A stretch of DNA of 64,000 nt from Octopus bimaculoides (Eukaryota), in NCBI RefSeq assembly GCF_001194135.2, contig NC_068998.1, forward strand, positions 53,713,757 to 53,777,756. Direction: 5' to 3'. The notes beneath the pieces were generated by a model. The model was given only the letters and a program-made list of their open reading frames with translations. It was not told where the DNA came from and made no database searches. The translations under genes were made by a program, and so were the position numbers. Shown here one piece after another: positions 11,562 through 24,529 of the stretch (its first letter is position 1; every line of letters starts with the position of its first letter).

Positions 11562-13830
11562 TATAATTATGTAAATAGCTTTAGATATGTGTGTATATGC
11601 ATGTCTGTGTGTGTGTGTCTGTGTGCTTATTGAATGCTATACTATATATGTCTGCATACATATCTACATGAGAGTGTTTGTGATTGTTTGATTCTGTATG
11701 CTTGTGTGTTGACGTGTATTTAAGTCCGTTTGTGTTTTTATATATGAATTGAACACACAAGTTTAATTTTAAATAGATGTATCTATACATAATATCTGCG
11801 GGGGTTTTTTTTCTCCTATTTTCGTCTTCTCTTTTGTGGACAATAGAAACTGGAGTTAAGAATTAATGTTCTGATCTTTAGGTAAATGTTTTCTAGTGGA
11901 GTTTTCAAAAATCCAGCTTGTTCACAAGGCACCTAGCATTTAATCGGTAGACTTAAGCAATAAAGTCAAGACGGACATTGATTCTATGGTAAAGCCAGAA
12001 CGACCAAATGAGTATAGTTCAAGATTTTATATATATATTTATGTACTACATTTTTGTCTCTGACCGTTACACTTCTTTTTTTCTACACTACTTTTGGTGG
12101 AATACTTTCGGTTTCTGGCAACTCCATTAGAGTTTTAGAAATTGTGTTTTGAAAAGTTACGTGCCATTACTTGTACTGAATGTATTTGTTAGTCTACTCT
12201 CTGAAAACGCAAAACGACCATTGTCAAAATGCTTTGTGTTGTATTTCAATTCTTGGATTACAGCACAGGCTTAGAATGCAGAGTTGGAATAATCAATTCC
12301 TTAATTCTCTTGAGTTTCTATATGTCAGTCCATAATGCACGTTTTTTAATGTTTCTCGCCGGGTCACTTCAACGTACACTTCTCGTTTCTCTTGACTGCA
12401 CGCAGTCAAAATGAAATTTCATATGACTGAATGTCCAACTCTACTTGCCTATCAATTACTGATTACAGTTCATTATCTTTATAATATGTATAACATAAAC
12501 ATTATGTGTACAAATAGATTTACGCCCGTAACTGTTCTGTTTTGAGCTTCACGCAGATTTTCATAGTTCAGTTCGCTTTCGGTATAGTTGTTAATTAAAT
12601 ATTAAAGTTCTTACGTGCGTTTCACCATTATGGCTCGTTGGAGCCCTGCGAGAGATGTTTGAAACATGTCGGATGATTGTAGAGCGATACCCTTCCCGTG
12701 AATTGATGAAGAAACGTTAATACTACACAATATATCTCACAGTATTTAGTTTGTTTTACACCCCATGTTTTGAATCGTGACTCCTTTATAGCGTGTTTCG
12801 CTTTTCACGTATGACGTCTGTTTGAATGTTTCCGGTTAATTGATAAATAAAATTAAATATCACAGGTTAACTATGGTGATTCCAGAAATTTGAAATTACC
12901 ATTTGGACTCTTCTGAAAATTACGGCTATATCTCCTGCATCTTTAGAATGGACGTCGTTGGATAGCTTATTCAAGATACTATGGAAGCAATCGGAATAGC
13001 CCGTTGCCAATGGCCAAGGCTAATTATCCGACGACTGACGCAAAACATCCACTCCACAATTAGCAACGTCAACACTCAGCACAGACACACGCTGAATATT
13101 AATCTAATAGTGAATCCATGAACAATAAATGGAATGGCCATGATTGGAATGTTGAGTGAACAATTCCACAATCGTTTACTTTATTGTTCATGTTTTCTTT
13201 TCCTTCGATAGTGTTTTGTACCAAAACAATCGTCACAAGAAAAAACAAATTGAATGTATTTGTTCAAAACATTTCATTTTAGTTTTGCCAACATGCTGAG
13301 ATTTAACATTAAGATTGTAATTTTATACCAAATCACTATTTTTAAGTACTAAAAGTTTGTTGTTTTAAATAAATTTGCAATTTTACATTGCAATTAATAT
13401 TTTGGTATTGGAATCACATTGATACTAGTCAAGACGTTCAGTTTATGCTTACTATTAGAAGAGAAGTAGCAATATAACATATTCTTTTTACTAATGGAGC
13501 AGCCAAAATCATTGGCAGCGATACCATGAACGATTACGAGGATGAGATACTAAACAGATAAGTGCATTCCCAGACAAAACGCCAAATAATTTAAGAATTT
13601 TGCGATTAGCGACTTAACTCTTTCAAATGTTTCAAATGCCAAAGATTGCAAAATGCAATTTATCTGCAATTGGCAGCATTTCGTGTTTTTCATTGTTGAT
13701 CAAGCTGCTTTTTGCATTCATATTCATTCTAGTGTCTGGAGACCGTGATTTCAGTTCAAGCTTTAAAGCGAAATATTTTTAGCATTACTGTGATTTTGGA
13801 TCCGATGTAAGAAAATTCTGTATGTCATTT

Positions 13831-13940
13831 GACTGAGGTCATGCTGGGGCACTGCCTTAGAAGATTTTAGTCGAAGAAATCGACCCCAGGACTTATTCTT
13901 TGTCGGCGGTTGTCAGGCGATGGAGGGGGTCAAACACAGG
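13831..13940. mobile_element. Dispersed repeat fragment (family with catgctgg...ttagtcga...atcgaccccag.actt core)
   Basis: Same core recurs at 19722-19790 and 60455-60630. SINE identity is from recollection of octopus repeats. Confidence 0.6.
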
Positions 13941-13998
13941 CACGCACACGCACACGCACGCACGCACACACATACATACATATATATATATATATATA

Positions 13999-14150
13999 GG
14001 ACGGGCTTCTTTCAGTTTCCGTCTACCAGATCCACTCAGAAGGGTTTAGCACGAGGCTATAGTAGAAGACACTCACTCAAGGTGGCATGCAGTGGGACTA
14101 CCACCAGAACAATGTCATTCGGAAGCAAGCTTCTTACCGCAGAGCCACGC
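13999..14150 (-). mobile_element. tRNA-derived SINE (octopus OK-like family), minus strand, with TA/CA tail
   Basis: Reverse complement of the family at 22775-22899 and 42752-42925; the adjacent microsatellite lies at its 3' end. Confidence 0.75.
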
Positions 14151-14399
14151 CTCCGCCTGTAATATTTCCTTGATAAAATAATATTTAATGACTATCTTCT
14201 CAGTAGTAGTAGTAGTAGTAGTAGTAGTAGCAGCAGCAGCAAAATTATTCCGAAATTGGACAATTTTCACAATTTTGTAAGAGAGGTAGAAATATCCTCC
14301 ACCCCAGCAGGCCATCTGCTGAAATGGCTGACTCCCCTCCTATGAGCTACCATCACCCCTATGAAGGACACGATGGTTTAAATGTCTACCATCTTTCTT

Positions 14400-15560
14400 A
14401 CCAGGGTCCAGTATATTAGAGTATCTGCCGCCATGGTATTATAGTAATATAGCAGTGATTGCATTAATTACAGTAATAAAATAGTAATATTACAATGGCT
14501 GCCTTCATTAACAGTAAACGAGATACTATTCATGGCCGTAACACTGGCATGTCGAAGTCAAACTGACAGTCACTGCCGTTCGCGGTTATAGGAGCAAACC
14601 TGAAATATCTCTAACTGTCAGTAACTCATTATATTAGCAAGAAATAATGTGACTGTAAGTAACGTTCAGTAAGTGCTAGCCTGGTTATAATAGGAACGGT
14701 TAATAAACTAAGAATAACAGTCAATAACTGACACTCGGAATATAAATTAGCAATACTATGTTCAATAATTGTCACTAACGGACGTTGTGATTGTAGTTGA
14801 GGCCACAATAAAACCAGCAATAAAACTTCAATGATTCTTTTCGTTATTTCTCTTACCATATTTTTTGTTTAGTTTCTTTATTTCTTGATAATTTACAAAG
14901 TGCTATTTACCAACTTTCTTGCAAACTTACAGATCGATTTAAAAGTCCTTCTTTCCAATACAAGAAATTTTGTGTATTTTCATCTCTTGTTTTCGAGGTC
15001 TTTTTTTTCAAAACATCCAAGTAAATGGCGAATAGCAGAGATATACAGAACGACACCAAGAACAAAGACTAGAAAAGAACATGAATAAATAATCGCAGTT
15101 TGTTATATCATTCTCTCGCTGTTTCTGGTAGTTTTTCAATAGCAACTCAAATGATTTGATTACTTTATTGTGTTGTCAGATAAACTGCAGATGGAATGCT
15201 TTCATAATGATATAAATTTGCCAATATCCTGCTGTGTAATGATAGAATACAGTAAGTAAGATTCTATCATTAAGCATCTAAGCAAGGGCAGTAATTTCAC
15301 AAAAGAACTGAACTTAAACATGACTGATGAAGTGAGCTGTTTAGATACATCTGTGATAATTTATAATGAATGGCCATCATTTGCACAACAAAGACTCGCT
15401 TTGCTTAGAAGCAAAAGAAACAGGAGGTATACAATAAGACTTGTTAACTGAAATGATATTTCTAGTAAGCAATGAAGTTATATGAGAGAAATATTACAAT
15501 GTAGGACGAGATACATCTAAGTTCAAGCGTTACCAGAATCAGAAATCTCATTATACATCT
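14400..15560 (+). pseudogene. Possible decayed TLR-like gene (LRR-like, CDC cap, TM, TIR-like C-terminus)
   Basis: INYSNKIVIL and LIILARNNV (LRR-like), TNGRCDCS (LRRCT-like), MILFVISLTIFFV*FLYFL (TM-like), NEWPSFAQQRLAL and MREILQCRTRYI* (resemble TIR SEWCxFE and RTYxxW). Spacing is compressed. Confidence 0.22.
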
Positions 15561-15929
15561 AAAGTCAAGTCATTAGTACGCCTGAATACCAGTAATATCT
15601 GCAGTTATCTAGACGCCGGACAAATCATGCGCTTAGGTTATGAGCGAAACTCTGTAATTTTATTTAAAACTGCAAATACTGAAAAATTAGGCATTTAGCT
15701 TCAATTCCAAGGTGAAAGGGATATAGCTTCAGTTGTTAATATATTTCGAAACCATTATTTTATGCTAATTTAGTTAATTGTAAGATAGAAATTTAAATGT
15801 AATAAAATGTTTTAAAAGAAATTTAAATTGCCTACGTGATAACTGAAAACCTACTTTTAGGCCCCCCTATATACGTCCACACATAGTACATATTGATGCA
15901 TAGAAAGATTGAGATAGGGAAATAGATAG

Positions 15930-16016
15930 AGAAGTAGATAGATAGATGGATAGATAGACAGACAGACAGACAGGTAGATACATACATACATACATACATA
16001 CATACATACATACATT
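15930..16016. repeat. Compound (TAGA)n(CAGA)n(TACA)n tetranucleotide array
   Basis: Direct reading. Confidence 0.95.
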
Positions 16017-16463
16017 CAAGTGTATGTATGTGTGTGTATCTCTATGTTCGAATGCATGTATATCTATTTCTGCACGTGGAACTACATTAAATCATGATAA
16101 ACATTTCATACGAGTCCATAGTTTTAGCCTCGTAGCCAAATTCCTATTTGTAGGTCTTCGTCCCTCTTATCTCTTTGGAAATTCAAAGCAACTGCTTTGT
16201 TTCCGGGTTTCAAGTTTTATTGATTTTACTTCGAACGAAAACTGCAGCCGCTCCATAAATTGCTATTAGCACATTATAGCTGATTGCTAGAAGTAAAGGA
16301 ACCGTGTTAAATTTTACTCCGGTAGATGTAGCAACTTTTCACTAAACAGAATGAAATAAAACGCCAATCTCTCTGATACATTTTTTTGTTTCTCAACCTG
16401 GAACGATATCAAATATTTATAACATTTAAATATGCTTCAAGCATGTTTAGCCTCTAAGGGAAA

Positions 16464-17483
16464 TTGTGGCATTCGGGAATAAATATTAAATTTCGGTTTC
16501 TAAGTGAAAAACGGTACATTTCCCTTATCCAGAGTTCAATGCCGTATCCAGATTTAAAATCCGAAAACTACTTCAAAGCCGCCCCAAGATACATCGGAAA
16601 CTCTTGGAATATGAATAACAGGATTCTAACTATTGGCATTCCAAAAATAACATGGGATTTAATTCCAAATATCATCATTTGCCTCTGAGTATAAATATTT
16701 ACGAAACATTTGCTATGATGATATAAAGATTAAATATTAACTTTACGGACAGGAATATATCATACACCCACATCCTAGCGTTTATTTTAATGTTCTGAAT
16801 GTATTTTCCAGCGTTCCACAAATCTAAATGATATTCTATCATGCGTTCACCAGTCCCTCTTTCTCTCGATATAACGGAGTAGATACCAATGATTGGAAAC
16901 ACGCTAGAATGTGTTCGCTATTTACATCTATGGAAGCTCAAAACTGTGTCAGCGCAGTAAACTCAATAAACGTTTCATGTTTCCTTTTTTTCTTCTGCTT
17001 CACAGTAATCAATTCCTCCAGTTTGTTTACTTTCCTGAAGAGGGACATCGTCAACAAACCAATTTGGCTGCGGTTTGATGGGAGCTAAATGAATCTATGG
17101 TTTAAAGCAACCATCCGTCTCGTTAATACATACTTCGATCTCTGATGTGGAACTGAAAGTATAATCAATGGCGGTAAAATATTTTCGGACGCAAAGAGCA
17201 GGGAAGTTACACGTTCGTTTAACGCTGACAGTTAATTAATATTATTTCCCTAATTAGTTATTTGTTGTTAGTAATCTACGTAATTACATTTTTTTTTATT
17301 TGTTTAAGTCATTCAACTGTGGCCATTCTGGAGTTCTGCCTTGCAAAATTAGTTCAACACTCGACCAGCGTGGTTATTTTAGGCCTGGTACTTATTGTAT
17401 CTCCTTCCGTTGCCGGAGCGCTAAGTTACAGAGATCTAAGCAAACCAGACGTTAAAGGGACAAGTACAAACATTCACAAATGA
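16464..17483 (+). pseudogene. Possible decayed LGR-like remnant
   Basis: MNNRILTIG (LRR-like), RYNGVDTNDWKHARMCSL (ECL1 W..x..C-like), VITFFFICLSH (TM5-like). Order is plausible but unverified. Confidence 0.22.
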
Positions 17484-18290
17484 TGCATACATATATACAT
17501 GAGTATATACATACATATACTTTGATATTTTTACATGTATTTTTAATATATCAATATATGTTTTGGGAACAATTTTTATCTTAAATTAAATCCTTATACA
17601 TATGTGTTTATTGTTGTTTGCCTGATTTGAACTTTCTCCATTCTATTTATGATACTTGTCTAACGTCTCAGGTTCAAATTCAGCACTTCTATACGCTCTG
17701 TATCTTTCGTAAGAAGAATATAACTATATATATAAAAATGTGCGTGTGTATGTTTGTGAGTATATATGTCTATACATAAGCGCAACAGGCTTTTCAAAGT
17801 TTTCTTCTGCTAATTTCACTTGCAAAGTACTGGTTGGCCGTGACTTTGGTAAAATTACACATGCCGATGATTCCTCAGTGTGGGACTGAACACGAAACTC
17901 CATATAACTGAAGAGCAATTTTTCGTACCTAAGCAGCTATTGCTTCTATCAATTTGTCGTCCATTGAAATACCCTGTGGGTGTCAATTGGAGCTTTCATT
18001 TTCATTGCAATCTACCGTTTCTGGTTATAGAAATAGTGAGCCATTTCTTGGTAAAGGAGACAAAAGAAATTACAGAGTTGTATGGAAGGAATACTGCTGG
18101 GATGAAGGCTGCTGTCGTTGTTGCTGCGTTTCTGGAGAGCGACATTAAGGTCAAATCACTTCCAATCATTTTATCACTCAAACGAACCTTTTCACCTTTT
18201 CAATGATTTCAAAACAGAATAAGATGCCCTTTGTTTTCAGCCTCCTAAGCAGCAATTCTGCTCCTTCTTCCTACTCCTCCCCCTTCATCA

Positions 18291-18310
18291 TCTTCATACT
18301 TCTTCTCCTT

Positions 18311-18390
<80 letters not shown>

Positions 18391-18630
18391 CATTAGTTCA
18401 TCTTTACAAATGATGTTGTTGTCACTGTTGCTGCTACTCTTGATAATGATGACAGTGATGATGATGATGATGATGATACTCTCTTCATTGTCATTGAACA
18501 GTGACTGTTGCTGCACTTGTTGTTCTGTTTCCTGTCGTTCCGTTTCATGCTACCCCACCATTCTTCCTGTTCCTTTCTTCTTCTTGTCGTCTTCTTCTTT
18601 TTCTTCTTCTATTTCTCCTTCTTCTTCTTA

Positions 18631-18671
<41 letters not shown>

Positions 18672-18673
18672 GC

Positions 18674-18722
<49 letters not shown>
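18291..18722. repeat. Compound trinucleotide array (CTT)n(ATT)n(GAT)n ... (CTT)n(ATT)n
   Basis: Direct reading; explains the poly-L/I/Y/R ORFs between 18203 and 18811. Confidence 0.95.
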
Positions 18723-18723
<1 letters not shown>

Positions 18724-19457
18724 CGTAATCGCCCACTTCGTCCCTCTGCCTACTTCTCCTCCTCTTCGTAATACTACCAACCCCTCTCGCCTCACCTCCT
18801 CTCCTCCTTAAAGCCTTCTCGGGAAATCACTGTCATCATGCTGCGGGGAAGAGGTGATGAGGAGGGATCGATAGCGCTCGTATTCACCCTCTAAAGAACA
18901 CAATGGAATTCTCGCTTGGTCGCCAAGATTTAGAATTACAGAGGATGCGTGGAAAACAAAGAGGAGCGGGTGGAGGAAGAAGTGGAGGAGAGTGGAGAGG
19001 TGTAGGAGGAAATGGGGAAGAAAGAGGAGGTTGAAGAGGAGGAAGAGAACGACAAGGAGGGTGAGAGTTACGAAGAGGAGGATATGGTATTATTCTGCTT
19101 TTATAGCGAACCATTTATAACAGAAAATTGAAATAAGAGTTTTAGAATCGTCTCAAAGGGAAATCTCTTGGTTTTTATTCCCCCCGCTGTGATTCTCTCA
19201 GAATCTTGATAACAAATTATTTCCCCCTCAACTAAACTAAAGATAGGTTGTCCATCTACGCACCTTTTTTTTCTAATCAAAAGTATTTCTATTTATATTT
19301 AATTAATTTTAATTAATTGAAATTTAGTCATCTCCCCTCCTTTTCGCTATCTCTAGTCATTTACATAACGATTCTTCACATATCTAAAAGTTTCCTTTTA
19401 ATTAGCTAATAATGATATTCTGTTTTTCTTTAATAATATATATTTATTTCTTTATTG

Positions 19458-19654
19458 CCCACAGGAGGCTAAACATAGAGGGGACAAACAAGGAGAGACA
19501 AAGGGATTAAATCGATTACATCGATCCCCAGTGCGTAACTGGTACTTATTTAATCGACCCCGAAAGGATGACAGGCAAAGTTGACCTCGGCGAAATTTGA
19601 ACTCAGAACGTAAAGTCAGACGAAATACCGCTAAGCATTTCGCCCCGCCTGCTA
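19458..19654 (-). mobile_element. tRNA-derived SINE (family with ggcggcgagctggcagaa head and tcgataaattaagtaccagt core)
   Basis: Reverse complement of the family at 20091-20211; contains a gagttcaaattc B-box-like motif. Confidence 0.85.
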
Positions 19655-19721
19655 AGCTTGCTAATAAATATCACGATCGGTCTTGCAATAGTATTCTATT
19701 TGTCATTTTTATTTTCAGTCA

Positions 19722-19903
19722 TTGAGCCGCGGCCATGCTGGTGCACAGCCTTCAAATATTTAGTCAACTATATCGACCTCAGTACTTATTTTTAGTGATA
19801 TATTCAGTCCATCTTCCGTCCGTCTCTGCATTCTGAGTTCAAATTATCCTGAGGCCAATTTTTCCTTTCGGTCGATAAAATAAGTACCAGTTTAATACTG
19901 AGG
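19722..19903 (+). mobile_element. Two adjacent SINE fragments (19722-19790 and 19815-19903)
   Basis: gcggccatgctgg...tcgacctcagtactt core, followed by gagttcaaat...gtcgataaaataagtaccagt. Confidence 0.65.
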
Positions 19904-20090
19904 TCCATGAACAAAAGACTGCATTATACAGGCTTAAATATATATTCTAATCTGGCTTTTCATATGTCTCTACTCTGTTGCTATCGTTCACTTCATCAAA
20001 ACTGTGTTATGCTTTGTGAGAAATGTTGAAAAATATTTGCAACAATATTTTTCCAACACCATTCATACGCTAATACTCTTCCTCACATAA

Positions 20091-20211
20091 GGCGGCGAGC
20101 TGGCAGAAAGGGTAGCACACCGGGCGAAATGCGTAGCGGTATTTCGTCTGCTTTTAAGTTCTGAGTTCATATTCCGCCGAGGCCGACTTTGCCTTTCATC
20201 CTTTCGGGGTC
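20091..20211 (+). mobile_element. tRNA-derived SINE, 3'-truncated
   Basis: ggcggcgagctggcagaa...gagttcatattccgccgagg...catcctttcggggtc. Confidence 0.85.
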
Positions 20212-20498
20212 CTTGTTTTGTTATCTTTCCTCATTTTCTTTTCTTTTCTTTCTTTTTTTCCTTGTTTTTGTTTTTGTAAGACGATATGATGTGATCAGAG
20301 GGCCTCTTGCTGCTACTTCTTCCATCTTGAAGGACAACGTAGCAGGCTGCTTTATTTCTTTGTCATTTGTAACCACAAAGGTTTCGTGTATAAATATTTG
20401 AATATATAATCGTTATTTTCCTTTCTTTGAAGCATTTGACCTACATTCTATTTTGCTTATTTGACTGAAACCATTTACCATTCACAGATTTCTACAGA

Positions 20499-21165
20499 CA
20501 GTTCTTTAATTTCAGCTATGGCCTTTAATTTGACATCTATAAATATAAATCATTGAACAGAATTAAAGTAACATATAAACAGTGTTTATAAACTTGTCTT
20601 TGAACACCTCTATGAATATAAGAATATAAAACTTGTCTTAGAACTCAAGAATGAATATAACAATATACAATAGACTAGGAACTGAAGCAAGAATATAAAA
20701 ATATGAAGTTGTCTGGAAACTCAGACATGAGTGGGTGAATATATAAAAAAAACAATCTTGTCTATGATATCAAGCACAAATACAAGAATATAAATTTGTC
20801 AAGGAATTGAAGCGCATAATTGTTAATCACATTGCTTGGCCTACGTTGATCAGCTGGGGATTAAACTGTTTACAATAAATATCAATGCATTCATCAGTGT
20901 TACTGCCAACACCAAAACAATATCTGTATTGTTCATCACTAGACAAAACTTGTAGACGAATACCGGAAAAGTCTACAGTTTATCAGAAAGTCCGACTAAT
21001 TTAAAAGCTACTTAGAATATAATTTTGAACTAGACAGAAAGTATAACAGTAGCTGTGACATGTTCTATCATGTTTTATTAGATTTTAGTCTGGTTATGGT
21101 ATTTAAAAGATTTCAGAATCTCTTGTTAAAATGTTAATGGCGGAAGAAGATAATTAAAGTTAACA
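20499..21165 (+). repeat. Module copy A: ~650-bp repeat with internal ~38-bp minisatellite
   Basis: Starts cagttctttaatttcag..tttaatttgacat, then units like gaatataagaatataaacttgtctaggaactcaagcat, and ends agctgtgacatg...aagataattaaagttaac. Confidence 0.85.
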
Positions 21166-22127
21166 AATTATATTAGATTGCAATATACATACTCACATAA
21201 ATGTACATACATACATATATGTATGCATGTATGTATGTATAAAGACACCAGATCCATTTGTTCCTGAAGAGAGATATGCCGGGGCAGAATCCTAGGCTAG
21301 GCTTCAGTTGCTGTGCAGACGCCCAGTTCTTTCCTTAAGGCTTGATCAACAGTTTTCTCCAGGAAACTTTGTTCCATCGTTTCCAAAACTTTTCTAAACT
21401 GATTCTAGTTTCATCTCTTTTCGTTGTTTTGTTTTCTTTCTTTTGTTGTTATTTTCTTTTAGCCATCGTTCTTGTTGCAGATGCTTTTACACCTTCTCAA
21501 CAAATCAATAATGAACGCGATATTATTTATGAAACTCACTCGGTATATATTATTCTGTGATTTGAAATAATGACGATACATTTGTCAGCGACTGTATTGC
21601 GTCTGCGCCTGAACTAAACAAATCAATATATTATATAGATAACGACTTTGGCAAACGCTAATTGCCATGTTTCATTAGAAAGGGTCGCTGACTGAATATC
21701 AACGCTAATAATGAGACGTGTTTCATTATTTCTGCTGCTTTTGACATCACAAATATCTACACTGTCGTTAAATGTAATAATTAGAAAAAAATTGTCAGTG
21801 TTTAGCTCAGACGATTCATTCGCATAGCAAACTTGGTCGTCATATTCAAACTNNNNNNNNNNNNNNNNNNNNNNNNNNNNNNNNNNNNNNNNNNNNNNNN
21901 NNNNNNNNNNNNNNNNNNNNNNNNNNNNNNNNNNNNNNNNNNNNNNNNNNNNNNNNNNNNNNNNNNNNNNNNNNNNNNNNNNNNNNNNNNNNNNNNNNNN
22001 NNNNNNNNNNNNNNNNNNNNNNNNNNNNNNNNNNNNNNNNNNNNNNNNNNNNNNNNNNNNNNNNNNNNNNNNNNNNNNNNNNNNNNNNNNNNNNNNNNNN
22101 NNNNNNAGAGAGATAATATAGTACATA

Positions 22128-22325
22128 CATGCATATAATCAGACATACATATATGCATTAATACATATATACATATATGCATACATATATACATACATAC
22201 ACACAAACTCATACATACATACACACACACTCATACATACATACATACATACATACATACATACATACACGCATGCTTATATGCATATACATACATACAC
22301 GCATGCATACATACATACATAGATG
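22128..22325. repeat. (TACA)n-type microsatellite
   Basis: Direct reading. Confidence 0.9.
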
Positions 22326-22774
22326 TATAACTTCATCAAATAACTCGCATTCTCATGTTTAATTCTCTTCTCCGAGATTCTTCAATAAAACTGCCTACGA
22401 AAACATTACCGAATATCAAAGACATTTTCCTCATGTGGTTCTCCATTTGCCTCGGTTACATTCCTGCCTTTTAACTATTCAATGTCCAGTTATTACATAC
22501 ATAACACTATTATAGTATTTAAATCTAATGAACAAGTTATTGCTGTCATCGCTGGTTCTGTTTTAAGATAAAACAAACTATTCGTCTTGTTCAGTGAAAT
22601 GTTTCCTGGAAATCGTTGTTACTTCCTAATAATAAACGTAGAAGCAACGCAAAACGTTTATTACACAAAAAAGAGTTGGTTCGTCCGACAGTCTTTTATA
22701 ATAAGTTGTGCCACACGTATTCAGCATGTGTATTAAAAGCCGATATTATTTAAATCAAAAATCTTATATCAGAT

Positions 22775-22899
22775 CTGGAGGGTTCCGGTTTCAGTCCTTC
22801 CGCATGTCATCTTGAGCAAGAGTCCTCCACTCTTGCCTCGGGCTGATGAATTCCCTGTGAGCGGATTCAGTAGACCGACGCTGAACGAAGCATGCCGTA

Positions 22900-22992
<93 letters not shown>

Positions 22993-23022
22993 ACGTGTTC
23001 GTACGTGTGTGTGTGTGTGTGT
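22775..23022 (+). mobile_element. OK-like SINE (22775-22899) with long (TG)n tail
   Basis: ggttccggtttcagtcc...cttgagcaagag...gtgagcggattcagtagac...gaagc followed by a TG run. Confidence 0.7.
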
Positions 23023-23507
23023 CTTTGAGTCTGATTTTGTCACTCACCTCCGCTTGACAACCAGTGATGTTGTTACTTCCCCGTAACCTAGCGCTTCGGC
23101 CAAAGTGACCGATATATTAAGTATCAGGCTTAAAACAAGTTTTGGGATCGATTCGTTCAGCCCATCATGGCCGCAGTTTAATGATGATGAGAGGAGCCGA
23201 AACTAAATCTGAAATAAGCTTTGATCGAATTTTAACTACGAAGAAAAACGTTACAACCATGACAATTCCACTTGCTCTTTAGCCATATCTATATTAACTA
23301 ATACCTTTTTGTTATACGACGATGTCATAGATATACAGCTGTTAATGTTACCTGTTCGTTGGAAGGTGTGGTGGTTGCTTGACAATTCGCGCAGAAATGT
23401 TTGAGTGTATCAATAACTTAGCGTTTCTTAAAACCATTTCGCTCACGTGATCTATTTGGTTAATTAATAGAAAGCATCACACACACCCAAACATAGAATT
23501 CTTTATT

Positions 23508-24139
23508 CAGTTCTTTGATTTCAGTTACAACTTTTAATTTGACATATGTAATCAAAAATCATTGAAAAGATTTGAAGTAATCTATAACCAGTGAATATAA
23601 ACTTGTCTCTGAACATGACTACCTACACAAGCATATGAACTTTCAAATCAAGACTGGATATAATGATATAAAATTGTCTAGAAACTTAGACAAGAATATA
23701 AAAATATGAAATCGTCTGGAACTTCAAACAAGGATAAAGAACAGAAAACTTGTGGAGGTAATCAAGCATGAATTTAAGGATATAAACTTGTCACAGATTC
23801 AACTTTTAATTACATTGAATGGTTTGTGTAGTTGAGTTAGAGATTAAAATGTTTACTATGAATTTTCATGTATTATTAGCTGCTACTGCCATTATCCAGC
23901 CAATATGTGTAAATCCCCTGGCGCTACTTGTAGTCAAGATCTTCTGGTTGCTGAAAACTTTTTCATTCCGTGAGAAAGTCTGGTGAATGTAAAAGCCACT
24001 TAGGATATAAACTTAAGAAGTAAACATGTAATGTAATTGTAGCTGTGACATGTTTATTTGTCAGATCATGCTTTTGAAAAAAGTCTTGCTAATTTCTTGC
24101 CAAATAATTCGGAGAGAAAGATAATTAAAGAAAGTTAAC
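23508..24139 (+). repeat. Module copy B
   Basis: Colinear with copy A: cagttctttgatttcag, tttaatttgacat, 38-bp units, agctgtgacatg, aagataattaaagaaagttaac. Confidence 0.85.
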
Positions 24140-24199
24140 CAGCCACAGGTGCCCAACATGCGAAGGTGCGGCGAGTGTATATGTGGCTAAAAAGATCAC

Positions 24200-24246
24200 T
24201 ATGTAATCACGTAATATGTAATCACGTAATATGTAATCATATAATA
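24200..24246. repeat. 15-bp tandem repeat (tatgtaatcacgtaa) x3
   Basis: Direct reading. Confidence 0.85.
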
Positions 24247-24285
24247 TCACAATTATATGATACGAGTAAAATATTCTTTTTTACT

Positions 24286-24485
24286 CTAGGCACAAGGCTC
24301 GAAATTTTGTGGGAGGGGGCCAGTCGGTTAGATCGACCCTAGTACGCAACTGGTACCTAATTTATCGACCCCGAAAAGATGAAAGGTAAAATCAACCTCG
24401 GCGGAATTTGAACTCAGAACGTAAAGACACGAAATACTGCTAAGCATTTCGACCGGCGTGCTAACACTTCTGTCAGCTCACCGCC
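24286..24485 (-). mobile_element. tRNA-derived SINE, near full length
   Basis: Reverse complement of the ggcggcgagctggcagaa family, including the cttgtgcctag 3' part. Confidence 0.85.
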
Positions 24486-24529
24486 TTAACCTTAGAAATT
24501 ATTGGCAAAGAAAACCTGTGCTTATGTTA

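Noticed and set aside
12205-12350. Class A GPCR TM6/TM7-like text (KRKTTIVKMLCVVF ... INSLILLSFY..NARF)
   Set aside because: No CWxP or NP residues, and the TM6-TM7 spacing is far too short.
18203-18811. 202-aa ORF with poly-L/I/Y tracts
   Set aside because: Trinucleotide microsatellite artefact.
20091-20211. tRNA genes suggested by B-box-like gagttcaaattc motifs
   Set aside because: They are heads of repeated SINEs and lack a complete cloverleaf.
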